A stretch of DNA of 64,000 bases, from assembly GCA_040758355.1 (NCBI GenBank), contig JBFLWF010000001.1, positions 177,442 through 241,441 of the forward strand. Reading direction: 5' to 3'. The notes beneath the pieces were generated by a model. The model searched no databases. It was not told where the DNA came from and worked only from the letters and a program-made list of their open reading frames with translations. The stretch comes from Nitrospirota bacterium. GTDB taxonomy: Bacteria; Nitrospirota; Thermodesulfovibrionia; Thermodesulfovibrionales; Dissulfurispiraceae. The translations under genes were made by a program, and so were the position numbers. Of the stretch, positions 9,327-19,449 are shown piece after piece (within the stretch, counting starts at the first letter, position 1; every line of letters begins with the position of its first letter).

Positions 9327-10170
9327 ACAACCTCGCTATCTCTCTTCTTGCCTCGCCGATGGTGAGAGGGATTCTCTCAAAGGGCATATTATCCTCATGC
9401 TTTAGCTTGTAAATTAGTTCCGCAATCTGTGGTAGCCTGAGTTTGACATTTGACATATCCTCCGGCGCTGTGAAGACATCCTCGGGAATGCCTCCCCTCG
9501 CAACACGACCCCTGCTTAAAATATAAAGCCTGTCGAGGAATAATGGGACAAGGTCAACGCTGTGTGTAGCCATGACAATGGTTACTCCATTTCCCTTGTT
9601 CAGCTTTGTGAGGAGATTCATCATTTTATACTCTCCCATGGGATCCAATCCTGCAGTGGGTTCATCAAGGAGCAGTATCTCATGCCCCATAGCAAGAAGC
9701 CCTGCAATGCACACCCTTTTCTTTTGCCCGAAGCTGAGGTTGTGAATGGACTTTTTTGCATATCCATCCATCTCCACATATTTAAGGGCATTATTAACTC
9801 GACTGACAACCTCATTTTCTGAAAAGCCCATATTTATCGGCCCGAATGCCACATCTTCGAATACTGTTGCAGCAAAAAGCTGGTCGTCAGGGTTTTGAAA
9901 GACAAGACCAGCCTTTCTATATATCTCTTTTGGAGATAGTTTTTTAATATTAGCTCCATCAAGGAGAATATTTCCCTCAAAGTCCTTAAGCAGTCCGTCC
10001 ATTATCTTTAATAATGTTGTTTTCCCCGAACCGTTTGAACCCAGTATGCCGATGAATTCACCCCTTTTTATCTCAAGGCTTATGTCAGACAGGGCTGTTG
10101 TCCCGTCAGGATATTTAAATGAATTAATATTTACAGATAGTCTTATCTGACTGCTTTTTATATTTTCCAT
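9319..10170 (-). CDS. cbiO: Cobalt ECF transporter ATPase
   Basis: GSNGSGKTT, FQNPDDQLF, LSFGQKKR, LLLDEPTAGLDP. Confidence 0.93.
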   Translation of the reverse strand: MENIKSSQIRLSVNINSFKYPDGTTALSDISLEIKRGEFIGILGSNGSGKTTLLKIMDGLLKDFEGNILLDGANIKKLSPKEIYRKAGLVFQNPDDQLFAATVFEDVAFGPINMGFSENEVVSRVNNALKYVEMDGYAKKSIHNLSFGQKKRVCIAGLLAMGHEILLLDEPTAGLDPMGEYKMMNLLTKLNKGNGVTIVMATHSVDLVPLFLDRLYILSRGRVARGGIPEDVFTAPEDMSNVKLRLPQIAELIYKLKHEDNMPFERIPLTIGEARREIARLYA

Positions 10171-10925
10171 ATAAATCCCATTGCAGTTATGAATAGCGCC
10201 GAGACAATAACTTCAGCCGGTTTGAAGGGCTTATGCCTTAACATCGGGATATTTCCGTCATAGCCCCTTTGAATCATTGACACTGTGATATTGTGGCTGT
10301 GCTCAAATGCCTTGAGCATCAGGGATCCGGCGAGGGTGCCGAATGAGCCGAGTCCACGCCTTATGTTTGAGTAACCGAGGCGATTTTTCTGTGCATTATA
10401 AATGACCATTGCATCCTCAAAGAGAACAAAAATATATCTATATGCAAACATCAATACCTCTATAAAACCTTTTGGAATTCTCAGCCATGAAAGTCCTGCG
10501 ATAAATTCCGTAAACGGCGTAGAAAATCCCATTACAGCAACAATGGAGACCGCGCCCAGGATTCTGATTGCAATCATCAACCCATCCATAAGTCCGTCTT
10601 TATATCCTGTTAAAGTGAGAAGTGAGAAGTGAGAGGTAGGAAGCGAGATGGAGAAAAGCACATCCTTCCCTGAAAAAAATAATTTCAGGAGGATTATTAT
10701 CGATGCAATGAAGACCGGCTCTGAAAATCTTAATAAAAAGACCTTCAACGGTATTCTCATCCACATGCAGAGAAAGAGGCATATTGATGTTACGAACAAT
10801 GGAAGGGCAAAGCCCTTATAGCTCAAGACCATTACAAGAATGGCAAGGCTGACAAGTATCTTTACCCTCGAATCGATCTTTGAAAGGATATGTTCTTTTT
10901 TGAAATATTCAGAAAATAGTTCCAT
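10158..10925 (-). CDS. cbiQ: Cobalt ECF transporter T component
   Basis: D.RVK start motif, STPF, YRYIFVL, AQKNRLGY, M..RGY; hydrophobic. Confidence 0.92.
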   Translation of the reverse strand: MELFSEYFKKEHILSKIDSRVKILVSLAILVMVLSYKGFALPLFVTSICLFLCMWMRIPLKVFLLRFSEPVFIASIIILLKLFFSGKDVLFSISLPTSHFSLLTLTGYKDGLMDGLMIAIRILGAVSIVAVMGFSTPFTEFIAGLSWLRIPKGFIEVLMFAYRYIFVLFEDAMVIYNAQKNRLGYSNIRRGLGSFGTLAGSLMLKAFEHSHNITVSMIQRGYDGNIPMLRHKPFKPAEVIVSALFITAMGFIWKI

Positions 10926-10929
10926 GCCT

Positions 10930-11256
10930 CTATTTGTTTCCTGTAACCTGTATTCTTGCTTCTGATTTCCGGCTTCTGCCCTCTGTCAGTGACCTCCAAT
11001 AATATCCTGCTGCAAATCCTCCTACTGCACCTGCGAGGAGAAAGACAAAGAGCAGCAGGTCTCCCTGGTCTGTGTTTATCAATGGTTCTTTTGCCTCCCT
11101 GCCATGCTCCTTTGCGAATTTCTCTATTACGGATTCGTCAACGCCGGACCATTTGTCAGAGGCAAAAACAACAGTGAATAGTGAACAGTGAATAGCGAAC
11201 AGTAAGAAAACAATCAAGAAAATTTGAAATTTGAAATTTGAAATTTGAAATCTCAT
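10930..11256 (-). CDS. cbiN: Small cobalt-transport membrane protein (CbiN-like)
   Basis: WSGVDE.VIE..A, GDLLLF.FLLAGA.GGF.AGY.W; lies between cbiM and cbiQ. Confidence 0.75.
   Translation of the reverse strand: MRFQISNFKFQIFLIVFLLFAIHCSLFTVVFASDKWSGVDESVIEKFAKEHGREAKEPLINTDQGDLLLFVFLLAGAVGGFAAGYYWRSLTEGRSRKSEARIQVTGNK
11171..11253. repeat. AGTGAA(T/C) and (AAATTTG)4 heptamer arrays forming the cbiN N-terminus
   Basis: Read directly. Confidence 0.93.
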
Positions 11257-12023
11257 GCTGTCACCTCCTCGGGCTTAAGGACACGCATCTTTACAAGAAG
11301 ATCTGGACGCTTTTTATAAAGCAGTACAACCATTCCTGCTGTCATTGCACCCTCAAGGATTCCGAGGGGTAGTTGTGTAGGTATGAATGCAATGAGTATC
11401 TTCCAGAAAAGCGGCATGAATGGAGAGTCTCCCTTTATGCCTGATGCAAGCTCAACCGATGTGGTGAAGTATGTTGCCCAGTCTGCAAACAATCCTGCCA
11501 TGAATCCCGAGATTGCCATGTTTATTTTCAGTGAGCGCAATGCCCTGAAGGTCAAGAATCCTGCAAAGGAGCCCATTACGCCCATTGATACTATATCTGC
11601 GCCCCATGTGCTTAGACCTCCATGAGCAAGGAATAATGCCTGAATAAGCAATGCCACTGCCGTAATCAGTATGCTGATTGCCGGTCCTACAAGTATACCC
11701 GATATTCCTGTGCCGCAAGGGTGCGAGCATGTGCCTGCGGTCGGCACGGGTATGGGCATGCACGAGATGATAAAAACAACTGCTGCCATGAGTCCCACAA
11801 GTGGTTTGAATGACAGGTCAATTGAAGATTGCTTTTTTAGTTTATACAATCCCCATGCTACAAAGGGTGCTGCAACGACTGACCAGAATAATGCCCAGTT
11901 AAATGGCAATATGCCCTCTGAAATATGCATGGCGTGGGCATCAGAAACAGTAAACAGTGAATAGTGAATAGTGAATAGTGATAAAAAAATTTGAAATTTG
12001 AAATTTGAAATTTGAAATTTCAT
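11253..12023 (-). CDS. cbiM: Cobalt ECF transporter S component with N-terminal leader
   Basis: AHA|MHISEG, GTCSHP.GTG, LLIQALFLAHGG, F.PTQ.PL.I.EG. Confidence 0.95.
   Translation of the reverse strand: MKFQISNFKFQIFLSLFTIHYSLFTVSDAHAMHISEGILPFNWALFWSVVAAPFVAWGLYKLKKQSSIDLSFKPLVGLMAAVVFIISCMPIPVPTAGTCSHPCGTGISGILVGPAISILITAVALLIQALFLAHGGLSTWGADIVSMGVMGSFAGFLTFRALRSLKINMAISGFMAGLFADWATYFTTSVELASGIKGDSPFMPLFWKILIAFIPTQLPLGILEGAMTAGMVVLLYKKRPDLLVKMRVLKPEEVTA
11947..12020. repeat. AGTGAAT and (AAATTTG)4+ heptamer arrays forming the cbiM leader
   Basis: Read directly; near-identical architecture to 11171-11253. Confidence 0.93.
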
Positions 12024-13030
12024 AGTCCCTCCTTTGATATTTTTAATAATGCATTTATAATTGCTACTGCCACTGGCGTGCCACCCTTTCTGCTTAAATT
12101 TGTTATAAACGGAAATTTCTGTGCTGCAAGCAGTGCCTTTGATTCCAATGCCTTGACAAAGCCAACAGGGACACCGACGACGAGAATGGGTGAATGGGTG
12201 AATAGGTGAATAGGTGAATTGAACATTTCGATAACTTTCAATAATGCGGTCGGCGCATTGCCTATAGCGATGATGCCTATATTGTTGTTTGCCTGCAATG
12301 CCTTTTTAATGGCTATTTCAGAACGGGTCTTGCCCGTGTCCTTTGAGAGCCTGACAACATCTTCATCATTGATATTGCAGATAACCTTTCCGCCATATGG
12401 CTCAAGCCATCTTTTGATAATTCCAGTTTTTACCATTTCAACATCAGTAAGGATGTTCTTGCCTGCTTTTATAGCATCTATTCCTGTCCTTATGGCATCT
12501 GGATGGAACATGAGCGTATTCTTGAATTCAAAGTCGGCAGTGGAATGTATTACTCTTTTTATAATGGGCAGTTGCTCCGGCGGCATATCGCTTAAATCGG
12601 CCTCCTCAGAGATTATCTCAAAGCTCCTCTTCTCAATATCATGCGGTTTTAAACCATTTGCTGTATGTATCCTTTCCATCACCACATGCACCAATTTTTC
12701 GTGGATGCCGAGTGGCTCTGTGTAAATGAATTCCCTGTCAGGATACATATCTTTTGCCTCCTTTATTATCTCAGGGATATCCTTCGTGACATGCATGCCG
12801 CTGCTTAAAAAATAGGGATGGATGACTATCCTTTTGGCCCCGCTAAGAACACACTCCTTGATTGCGTCCGCAATCCCGGGCTCTGCAAACTGAAGGTATG
12901 CGACCTTTACACAGTTGTTGTTGCAGTTTGGATGAATTGCACTGTGCAGAAGCCTGCCTGTGAGTTCGATGTTGTTGGCGTCTTTTTTAGGACTTCCGTG
13001 TCCTATAAGTATTATGTTCTCCATTATCAC
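12020..13030 (-). CDS. cbiXC: CbiX (sirohydrochlorin cobaltochelatase)-CbiC (precorrin-8X methylmutase) fusion
   Basis: IGHGS, PYFL..G.HV..DIP, EPLG.H (CbiX); IE.RSF.II, R.IH.TADF, IGNAPTAL, GVPVGFV, KGG (CbiC). Confidence 0.92.
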   Translation of the reverse strand: MIMENIILIGHGSPKKDANNIELTGRLLHSAIHPNCNNNCVKVAYLQFAEPGIADAIKECVLSGAKRIVIHPYFLSSGMHVTKDIPEIIKEAKDMYPDREFIYTEPLGIHEKLVHVVMERIHTANGLKPHDIEKRSFEIISEEADLSDMPPEQLPIIKRVIHSTADFEFKNTLMFHPDAIRTGIDAIKAGKNILTDVEMVKTGIIKRWLEPYGGKVICNINDEDVVRLSKDTGKTRSEIAIKKALQANNNIGIIAIGNAPTALLKVIEMFNSPIHLFTHSPILVVGVPVGFVKALESKALLAAQKFPFITNLSRKGGTPVAVAIINALLKISKEGL

Positions 13031-14370
13031 TCCTTTATAAAATTTATAAAAGTCTTTGCAATATTGCTATTGCTTCCAAAATGCAGATGCACATAGCTCG
13101 CAAGGGTATTTTCAATCCTGTATCCTTCGTTTTGAAGATCTTGGCCAGTATTATCAAACAGTGAATAACAAGTAGTTAGGGCTGAAGGCTGAAGGCTGAA
13201 GGCTGAAGGCTTTATCTCCGAATAATGGAATTCATGTCCTCTCAGTTTGTCTCCTTTTTTGCCGTGTATGCAGTCATCGTTTAATATGACCTCTCTGTAG
13301 CCTAAATGAGATCGTCCATTTTTCATCTGTGTCTCGAAAGGAAATACACCGGCCATTTTGAAGAAATTACCATCACAATCATGAATTCCCCTTGACAGAT
13401 ACATTAAGCCTCCGCATTCGGCATACATTGGCTTTCCTGAGTCAGCCCAGTTATAAATGGCCTCAAGCATCGATTGGTTTTTTGATAGCTCCCCGGCATA
13501 AAGCTCTGGATAGCCGCCGCCGATGTATATGGCATCGGCTTCAGGGATAGCTTGATTATAAAGAGGGCTGAATTTTATTATCTCCGCTCCGGCGTCTTTT
13601 AATAGGTCAAGATTGTCTTCATAATAAAAGCAGAAGGCTCTGTCGTAAGCGATGGCGATTTTTGGAGCCGATGTCGGGGACAGTCCCGATTCTACGGCTG
13701 CGCCCGTAAATCTGGGACAGTCCCCTATGGCAAGAATCGCTTCTATATGCACATGCTTTAAAACCGCATCCGCAAGCCTTTCAATGTTCTCTCCGGCAAT
13801 AGGATTTTCTTCTGCAACGGCTAATCCGAGATGTCTGTGCGGAATCTCGAAGTTCAAATCCCTCGGCAGGTATCCTAAAACCTCAACACCACGAACACTA
13901 TTTTTAAGCCTTTTGAAATGCCTTTCCGATGCCACCCGATTAAAGATTATGCCTTTAATTAAATTTGGATTTTTGTATTCCATAAAGCCTTTCACAACTG
14001 CCCCTGCGCTTTCTGCCATGCCGTACGCATCGACAACCAGGATAACGGGCAGATTAAGCGCATCTGCCAATCTTGCCGTGCTGAAGTCTCCGTCATATAG
14101 GCCCATGACGCCTTCTACAACCGATATGTCAACACCTGTTGAGTGTTTATGAAAGCAGGCTTTCACGTAATCCTCGCCGCACATCCATAAATCGAGGTTT
14201 CTTGATGGTCTGCCGGTAATCATTCTGTGGAGTCCTGTGTCTATGAAGTCAGGGCCTGCCTTGAATGACTGAACAGCCATCCCCTTTTTCTTTAAGGCTG
14301 CAAGCACGCCTAAAGTAATCGTTGTCTTCCCGCAGCCGCTGTGTGTGCCTGCTATTACTACCCCCGGCAT
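13027..14370 (-). CDS. cbiA: Cobyrinate a,c-diamide synthase
   Basis: SGCGKTT, FKAGPDFID, EGVMGLYDG, RHLGL, AFCFYY, GGGYPEL, AECGG, GHEFHYS. Confidence 0.95.
   Translation of the reverse strand: MPGVVIAGTHSGCGKTTITLGVLAALKKKGMAVQSFKAGPDFIDTGLHRMITGRPSRNLDLWMCGEDYVKACFHKHSTGVDISVVEGVMGLYDGDFSTARLADALNLPVILVVDAYGMAESAGAVVKGFMEYKNPNLIKGIIFNRVASERHFKRLKNSVRGVEVLGYLPRDLNFEIPHRHLGLAVAEENPIAGENIERLADAVLKHVHIEAILAIGDCPRFTGAAVESGLSPTSAPKIAIAYDRAFCFYYEDNLDLLKDAGAEIIKFSPLYNQAIPEADAIYIGGGYPELYAGELSKNQSMLEAIYNWADSGKPMYAECGGLMYLSRGIHDCDGNFFKMAGVFPFETQMKNGRSHLGYREVILNDDCIHGKKGDKLRGHEFHYSEIKPSAFSLQPSALTTCYSLFDNTGQDLQNEGYRIENTLASYVHLHFGSNSNIAKTFINFIKE
13180..13210. repeat. (GGCTGAA)4 heptamer array, in frame in cbiA (PSAFSLQPSA)
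   Basis: Read directly; same family at 16830-16862, 17270-17303, 61607-61640. Confidence 0.95.
13676..13725. repeat. REP-like palindrome GGGGACAGTCCC..GGGACAGTCCCC in frame in cbiA
   Basis: Nested inverted arms GGGACAGTCCC, GATT/AATC, TACGG/CCGTA. Confidence 0.8.
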
Positions 14371-15494
14371 ATATACGCAAGCTCCTTAAGCAGTTTCATG
14401 TTGTCCTTGTTTGATTTTACTGCAATTCTCATATATGAGCTATCGAGTCCCATGAAATTGGAACAATCCCTTATCATCACTCCTCTATTTCTAAGGGATG
14501 AAATTATCTTTTGAGCATTCTCATGCTTAATTAAATAAAAATTGACAGTTGATGGAAAATAAGTGATGCCCAGCAATTTGAAGCCGTCTTCAAGTACCTT
14601 CTTCTCATTACGCATGACCTTGAATGTCTGGGTTTTATATCCTGCATCATTTAGCGCAGCAATTCCTGCTGTCTGTGCAATGGTATTTACGGTCCATGGC
14701 TCTTTATGTCTTTTAACAGTGTCAAGAATGTTCTGTGGAAATATGCCATAACCTATTCTCATGCCTGAAAGGGCATAGAATTTCGTCATTGACCTCAGCA
14801 CAATAAGGTAGGGATTATTTTGAACCTCTTTAATCACAGACTCTTCAGGCACAAAATCTATGAATGCCTCATCAACTACGAGATAGCATTTAAGGCCTCT
14901 GGCAGCCTCTGCGATCTTCAGCACATCCTCTTTTTTCATCAGTCTGCCTGTAGGGTTGTTAGGGTTGCAAAGGAATGCCATATCCACTGATGTGGTGAGG
15001 GATGATTTGTATGTTGCCGATGAATCATTTCCCGACATTGCAGCAATGAACTTCTCAGGATTTATTTCGAATGCATCTTTCTCCCAAAGGACAAAATACG
15101 AAATTTTCCCCTTAATGTCCTTTTCGGGATGTATGCTCTCGAATGCCCGCTCATATTCCGAAAATGTCGGCATGGGTATAAGAATCTTTTCTGGTTTTAA
15201 TGCCCTTACAGTGAGGTATATGAGTTCTGTACTGCCGTTTCCGCACAGGATGTACTGAGGGTCTATGCCCAGATGCTTTGCAAGCGCATGCGTGAGATGT
15301 TTCGCATCGGGGTCAGGGTAATGGCACAGGTATTTAATATTGTCTTTGATTTTTTCTATTACAGTTTTGGGTACACCGAGGGGATTTATGGATGCGCTGA
15401 AATCAATGACTTCATCCATCCTGATATTCCTTTCTTCAATGAACCTGTAGATATTCCCGCCGTGTGGCTCTAAATTTTTCTCCTGCCCGTTCAT
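14358..15494 (-). CDS. cobD: Threonine-phosphate decarboxylase
   Basis: HGGN, DFSASINPLG, GNGSTELI, CNPNNPTG, DEAF.DF, RSMTKFY...G.R.GY. Confidence 0.93.
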   Translation of the reverse strand: MNGQEKNLEPHGGNIYRFIEERNIRMDEVIDFSASINPLGVPKTVIEKIKDNIKYLCHYPDPDAKHLTHALAKHLGIDPQYILCGNGSTELIYLTVRALKPEKILIPMPTFSEYERAFESIHPEKDIKGKISYFVLWEKDAFEINPEKFIAAMSGNDSSATYKSSLTTSVDMAFLCNPNNPTGRLMKKEDVLKIAEAARGLKCYLVVDEAFIDFVPEESVIKEVQNNPYLIVLRSMTKFYALSGMRIGYGIFPQNILDTVKRHKEPWTVNTIAQTAGIAALNDAGYKTQTFKVMRNEKKVLEDGFKLLGITYFPSTVNFYLIKHENAQKIISSLRNRGVMIRDCSNFMGLDSSYMRIAVKSNKDNMKLLKELAYICRG

Positions 15495-16504
15495 CCTGTA
15501 ATCCTTATATATAGAATAATTACGGCAATGCCTGTTCCAATCAGCGATGACACCTTGATTATATCCATCGCCTTTTCAGAGGCAATCAAGTAGTTTCCCG
15601 TTTTTTCTATCCCGATGTAAGGCTTCTGTATCTCAATGCCGTTGTATATCGAGGGCCCTCCTAATTTTACACCCAATGCGCCTGCAATGGCAGCCTCCGG
15701 GATGCCTGCATTCGGGCTTAAGTGTTTTCTCCCATCATTAATCATGGTTTTCAGTGAACAGTGAACAGTGAACAGTGAACGGGAAACAAAGAAAGATACA
15801 ATAACAATCAATATCCCGCTAATCCGTGCAGGTATATAATTGGCAATATCATCGAGGCGTGCTGCTGCCCGGCCGAAGTCTTTGTACTTATCATTCTTAT
15901 ACCCGACCATGGAATCCAGAGTGTTTACTGCCTTATATGCCATTGCAAGTGGAAGACCGCCTATTGCGAGATAGAACAGGGGAGCGATAATGCCGTCTGA
16001 GAGGTTTTCCGATAAGGTCTCTATTGTTGCCTTTAATATCCCCTTCTCTGAAAGGTTTCCGGTATCGCGTCCGACAATCATCCCCAGATTGCTTTTTGCT
16101 GACTCTATATCTTTATTTTTTACCGATTCGATTACAATTCTTGCGGAATTGATTAATTCTCTGACAGCAATTGTGGTGGACGTAAGATAAATGAGCACAA
16201 TTAAGCCTAAGGCATTTATGGAGTAATGGAGTGATGGAGTATTGGACACGATTATTTTTTGAATAAAAAATGCAATTCCAAACACAGGAACAACAATCAT
16301 GATAACAAGAAGAACGCCTCCGGATTTTTCTTGCAAAGGTGTTTTTAGATACCTTCTCAAAATTACCTCTGTTTTGGCAATAGCGCTTCCTATAATCCTT
16401 ACCGGATGGGGCAGCCATCCGGGATCGCCAATGGCGAGATCCAGCAGGAATGCCAGCAGGAGTATTAATGGATGAATGATAAATGGCGAGGTAAAGTCCA
16501 TCAT
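15491..16504 (-). CDS. cbiB: Adenosylcobinamide-phosphate synthase
   Basis: GDP..LPHPV, IVGRDT, ENLSDG..APLF, YKAVNTLDSMVGY, SPNAG.PEAA.AGALG. Confidence 0.95.
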   Translation of the reverse strand: MMDFTSPFIIHPLILLLAFLLDLAIGDPGWLPHPVRIIGSAIAKTEVILRRYLKTPLQEKSGGVLLVIMIVVPVFGIAFFIQKIIVSNTPSLHYSINALGLIVLIYLTSTTIAVRELINSARIVIESVKNKDIESAKSNLGMIVGRDTGNLSEKGILKATIETLSENLSDGIIAPLFYLAIGGLPLAMAYKAVNTLDSMVGYKNDKYKDFGRAAARLDDIANYIPARISGILIVIVSFFVSRSLFTVHCSLKTMINDGRKHLSPNAGIPEAAIAGALGVKLGGPSIYNGIEIQKPYIGIEKTGNYLIASEKAMDIIKVSSLIGTGIAVIILYIRITG

Positions 16505-18027
16505 ATTTTGACAAGCCTCTTTATAAAATCCATATCTATGTTTTCCTTTACAACATATGCGAGGTTATCGATTGCCCTGTCTTTGATCTCGGAATATCTC
16601 ACAGTCAAATCGAGAGGCGGGAGATTCTTATTCTTTCTTACATTGTTTATTATCCCCCTTCTGAATGGGTCATTTTCAAAAATCCCATGCAGATAAGTCC
16701 CCCAGCAGTTGTTGTTTATTGAACCATCCATAACATCCGTGATGCGTGATGCGTGATGCGTGATGCGTGAAATCTTAAATAGGCCAATGTCTCCTTTGCT
16801 TGTTCCCATATGTATCTCATAGCCTTTAAGGTTGAAGGCTGAGGGCTGACGGCTGAAAGCTAAAAAGGAGGGATTAATTATTTCTGCTTCTACCTGTGCT
16901 GTTACCTTTGTTTTTTCAAATGCCGTCTCTATATTCAGAAGACCTATGCCTTCAATCTCTTTGTGACTGCTCTCTACGCCATATGGGTCATATATTTTTT
17001 TGCCCAGCATCTGGTATCCGCCGCACATGCCTATAATCTGAACTCCCTTTGCATAAGCCCTCTTGATGCTCTCTTTGAGATGTCTTTCCTTCAAGAATAG
17101 CAAGTCTTTCACGGTATTCTTTGTCCCGGGTATGATAACAATGTCAGCATTTTCTATGTCAGCCGGATTATCGGAATATACAAGCTCAACATCAGGCTCA
17201 TATAAAAACGGATCAAAATCTGTGAAGTTGGATATGTACTGAAGCCTTACTACTACAATTTTAATTGATGGCTGAAGGCTAAAGGCTGAAGGCTGAAGGC
17301 TGATTTTTTGAAGGGCAAGTCCATCCTCCTCCGGCAATCCGATGTCTTTTATATAAGGCAAGACCCCTATCACAGGTTTCCCTGTCCTGTCCTTTATCAT
17401 TTCGAGTCCAGGACTGAGTATTCCAATATCCCCGCGAAATTTGTTAATGATAAATGCCTTGATGTATCTGCTATCCCTTCCGAGGAGCTTGATGGTCCCA
17501 TAGAGAGATGCAAAGACTCCCCCTTTATCTATGTCTCCGACCAAAATTACAGGCGCCTTTGCATGTTTGGACATGGACATGTTTACGATATCCACATCCA
17601 TGAGGTTTATCTCTGCAGGGCTTCCCGCGCCTTCCATGATTATGAACTCATATTTCTGAGAAAGTCTTTCAAAGGATTCCTTTACAGCCTCCCATGCGGT
17701 TTTTTTAAAGGCATAATACTCCTTTGCCTTCATTGTGGAATGTACTTTTCCCTGAATAATTACCTGAGAGCCCATATCCCCTGATGCCTTGAGCAATACC
17801 GGATTCATATCAATTGAGGGTTCTATCCTTGCTGCCTCTGCCTGAAGCGCCTGCGCCCTTCCTATTTCTCCGCCATCAATGGTTATATATGAATTCAGCG
17901 CCATGTTCTGCGCCTTGAAAGGAGCTGTATTGATGCCCATATCTCTGAAAATCCTGCAGAGGGCAGCTACAATCAGGCTTTTGCCTGCCCCAGAGCCTGT
18001 TCCCTGTATCATCAAAGTTTTAGCCAA
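16501..18027 (-). CDS. cobQ: Cobyric acid synthase (TTG start)
   Basis: QGTGS.AGKS, PFKAQNM, EIGRAQ, EGAGSPAEINL, ISNFTDF, CGGYQMLG, GYEIH.G, GTYLHG. Confidence 0.95.
   Translation of the reverse strand: MAKTLMIQGTGSGAGKSLIVAALCRIFRDMGINTAPFKAQNMALNSYITIDGGEIGRAQALQAEAARIEPSIDMNPVLLKASGDMGSQVIIQGKVHSTMKAKEYYAFKKTAWEAVKESFERLSQKYEFIIMEGAGSPAEINLMDVDIVNMSMSKHAKAPVILVGDIDKGGVFASLYGTIKLLGRDSRYIKAFIINKFRGDIGILSPGLEMIKDRTGKPVIGVLPYIKDIGLPEEDGLALQKISLQPSAFSLQPSIKIVVVRLQYISNFTDFDPFLYEPDVELVYSDNPADIENADIVIIPGTKNTVKDLLFLKERHLKESIKRAYAKGVQIIGMCGGYQMLGKKIYDPYGVESSHKEIEGIGLLNIETAFEKTKVTAQVEAEIINPSFLAFSRQPSAFNLKGYEIHMGTSKGDIGLFKISRITHHASRITDVMDGSINNNCWGTYLHGIFENDPFRRGIINNVRKNKNLPPLDLTVRYSEIKDRAIDNLAYVVKENIDMDFIKRLVKI
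16738..16770. repeat. (CGTGATG)4+ heptamer array, in frame in cobQ (SRITHHASRIT)
   Basis: Read directly. Confidence 0.95.
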
Positions 18028-18658
18028 TTAGGCCTCCATTTAAGAGCTTTACAATAGGGTACTTTTCCCAGAACTCGATGATATTCACAGCAGCATTATC
18101 CTGCTCTATCCTGAATATATTCTCAAGTGGAATCCCCATTATATGGCAGAGGATTATCCTGTTAACGCCGCCGTGAGCAACTATAGCGATATTTATTGCC
18201 CCCTGAGAGTTGTGATCATTCAGAATTTTGTTCAAAGCGATTATGACCCTGTCTCTGACCTCAAGTGTGCTCTCTCCTCCCATGGGACTGTATTTAAGTG
18301 GATTGCCTGCCCATGCCTCGAATTCCTCCGGATACTTATCTTTTATTTCATTGAATGACATTCCCTCCCATATGCCGAAACTCCTTTCTCTCAAGTCAGG
18401 TATTTCAATGGGTTTTAAACCATGAGGTTCAGCAACTATCTCTGCACTCTTTAATGCCCTGTTAAGGGGAGAGCAGTAAACGGCTTTCAAGCCATTATAG
18501 GTCTTATAGGACTTATATGACCTATTTAAATACTTGGCAACTTGCTCCATCTGCCTTATGCCCTTTTCTGACAAAGGCACATCAATGCTCCCTTTGTATC
18601 GTTTTACTTCACTGCCTTCGGTCTCGCCGTGCCTGACTAAATAAAGTGTCGTAACCAT
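18020..18658 (-). CDS. cobC: Alpha-ribazole/adenosylcobalamin phosphatase (histidine phosphatase)
   Basis: LVRHGET, SPL.RA, E..FG.WEG, GGES, VAHGG; operon context. Confidence 0.85.
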   Translation of the reverse strand: MVTTLYLVRHGETEGSEVKRYKGSIDVPLSEKGIRQMEQVAKYLNRSYKSYKTYNGLKAVYCSPLNRALKSAEIVAEPHGLKPIEIPDLRERSFGIWEGMSFNEIKDKYPEEFEAWAGNPLKYSPMGGESTLEVRDRVIIALNKILNDHNSQGAINIAIVAHGGVNRIILCHIMGIPLENIFRIEQDNAAVNIIEFWEKYPIVKLLNGGLIG

Positions 18659-19449
18659 ACTGTTATCACCATTAAAAACAATATTTCCGAGATCTCGCTC
18701 AGCGCGCCTAAATTATCACCAGTGAGGCCGTTGAATTTTTTATTGCAGAACTTCACTGTCATGAAGCTGAACATATACAAAAGTGCAAATAGCATAATAA
18801 ACAGTGTTACACTGCCTGTCCCGTAAACCTTTAAGAGGTGCAGTTCCGCTATCAGTATGTACAGCACAATGACCAGCAGTGATGAAAATACGACAGTATT
18901 TATTTTTACATTATTCAGGAATATTCTGCCGAGGCCATCCTGCCGTGCTGATGTGCCGTGATGCATGGCTATAACCATTATCCACTTTGAAAACACAGGC
19001 ATGAGAAACAGCATGGAATAAACTGTAAATATGGATGAATTTGTAAAGAGGCTGCTTATGAAGAGGAACTTGAGCAGGATTACAGAAACTATGGCGACAA
19101 CTCCTATGGCCCCTGTTGTGCTGTCTTTCATCACAGCAAGCCTTTTCTCAATGTCCGTTTCTCTATCTCCTGTTGATTTCACAGACAGTGCATCAAAAGT
19201 GTCTGCAAGTCCGTCAAGGTGAAAGCCCCCGTTGCTTATTATTAGCATTGAAATAATCAGCCCTGCTGCAATTTCTGGAGAAAATATCTTTAAAAACAGC
19301 ATGGCAGATAAAACCCCCAGCAGTCCCTGAAATGCACCTGCTAAAGGGAAAAAGGCTGCTGATTGCGCTATCTCTTTTTCGGAGACACCACCATTCACCC
19401 TTACAGGTACTATCGTAAGAAACTGGAATGCAAGGAGTAATTGCTTCAT
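18637..19449 (-). CDS. cobS: Adenosylcobinamide-GDP ribazoletransferase
   Basis: QFLT..P, GGFHLDGLADTFD, MKDS..GA.G, GLTGD.LGA. Confidence 0.95.
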   Translation of the reverse strand: MKQLLLAFQFLTIVPVRVNGGVSEKEIAQSAAFFPLAGAFQGLLGVLSAMLFLKIFSPEIAAGLIISMLIISNGGFHLDGLADTFDALSVKSTGDRETDIEKRLAVMKDSTTGAIGVVAIVSVILLKFLFISSLFTNSSIFTVYSMLFLMPVFSKWIMVIAMHHGTSARQDGLGRIFLNNVKINTVVFSSLLVIVLYILIAELHLLKVYGTGSVTLFIMLFALLYMFSFMTVKFCNKKFNGLTGDNLGALSEISEILFLMVITVWLRHFI

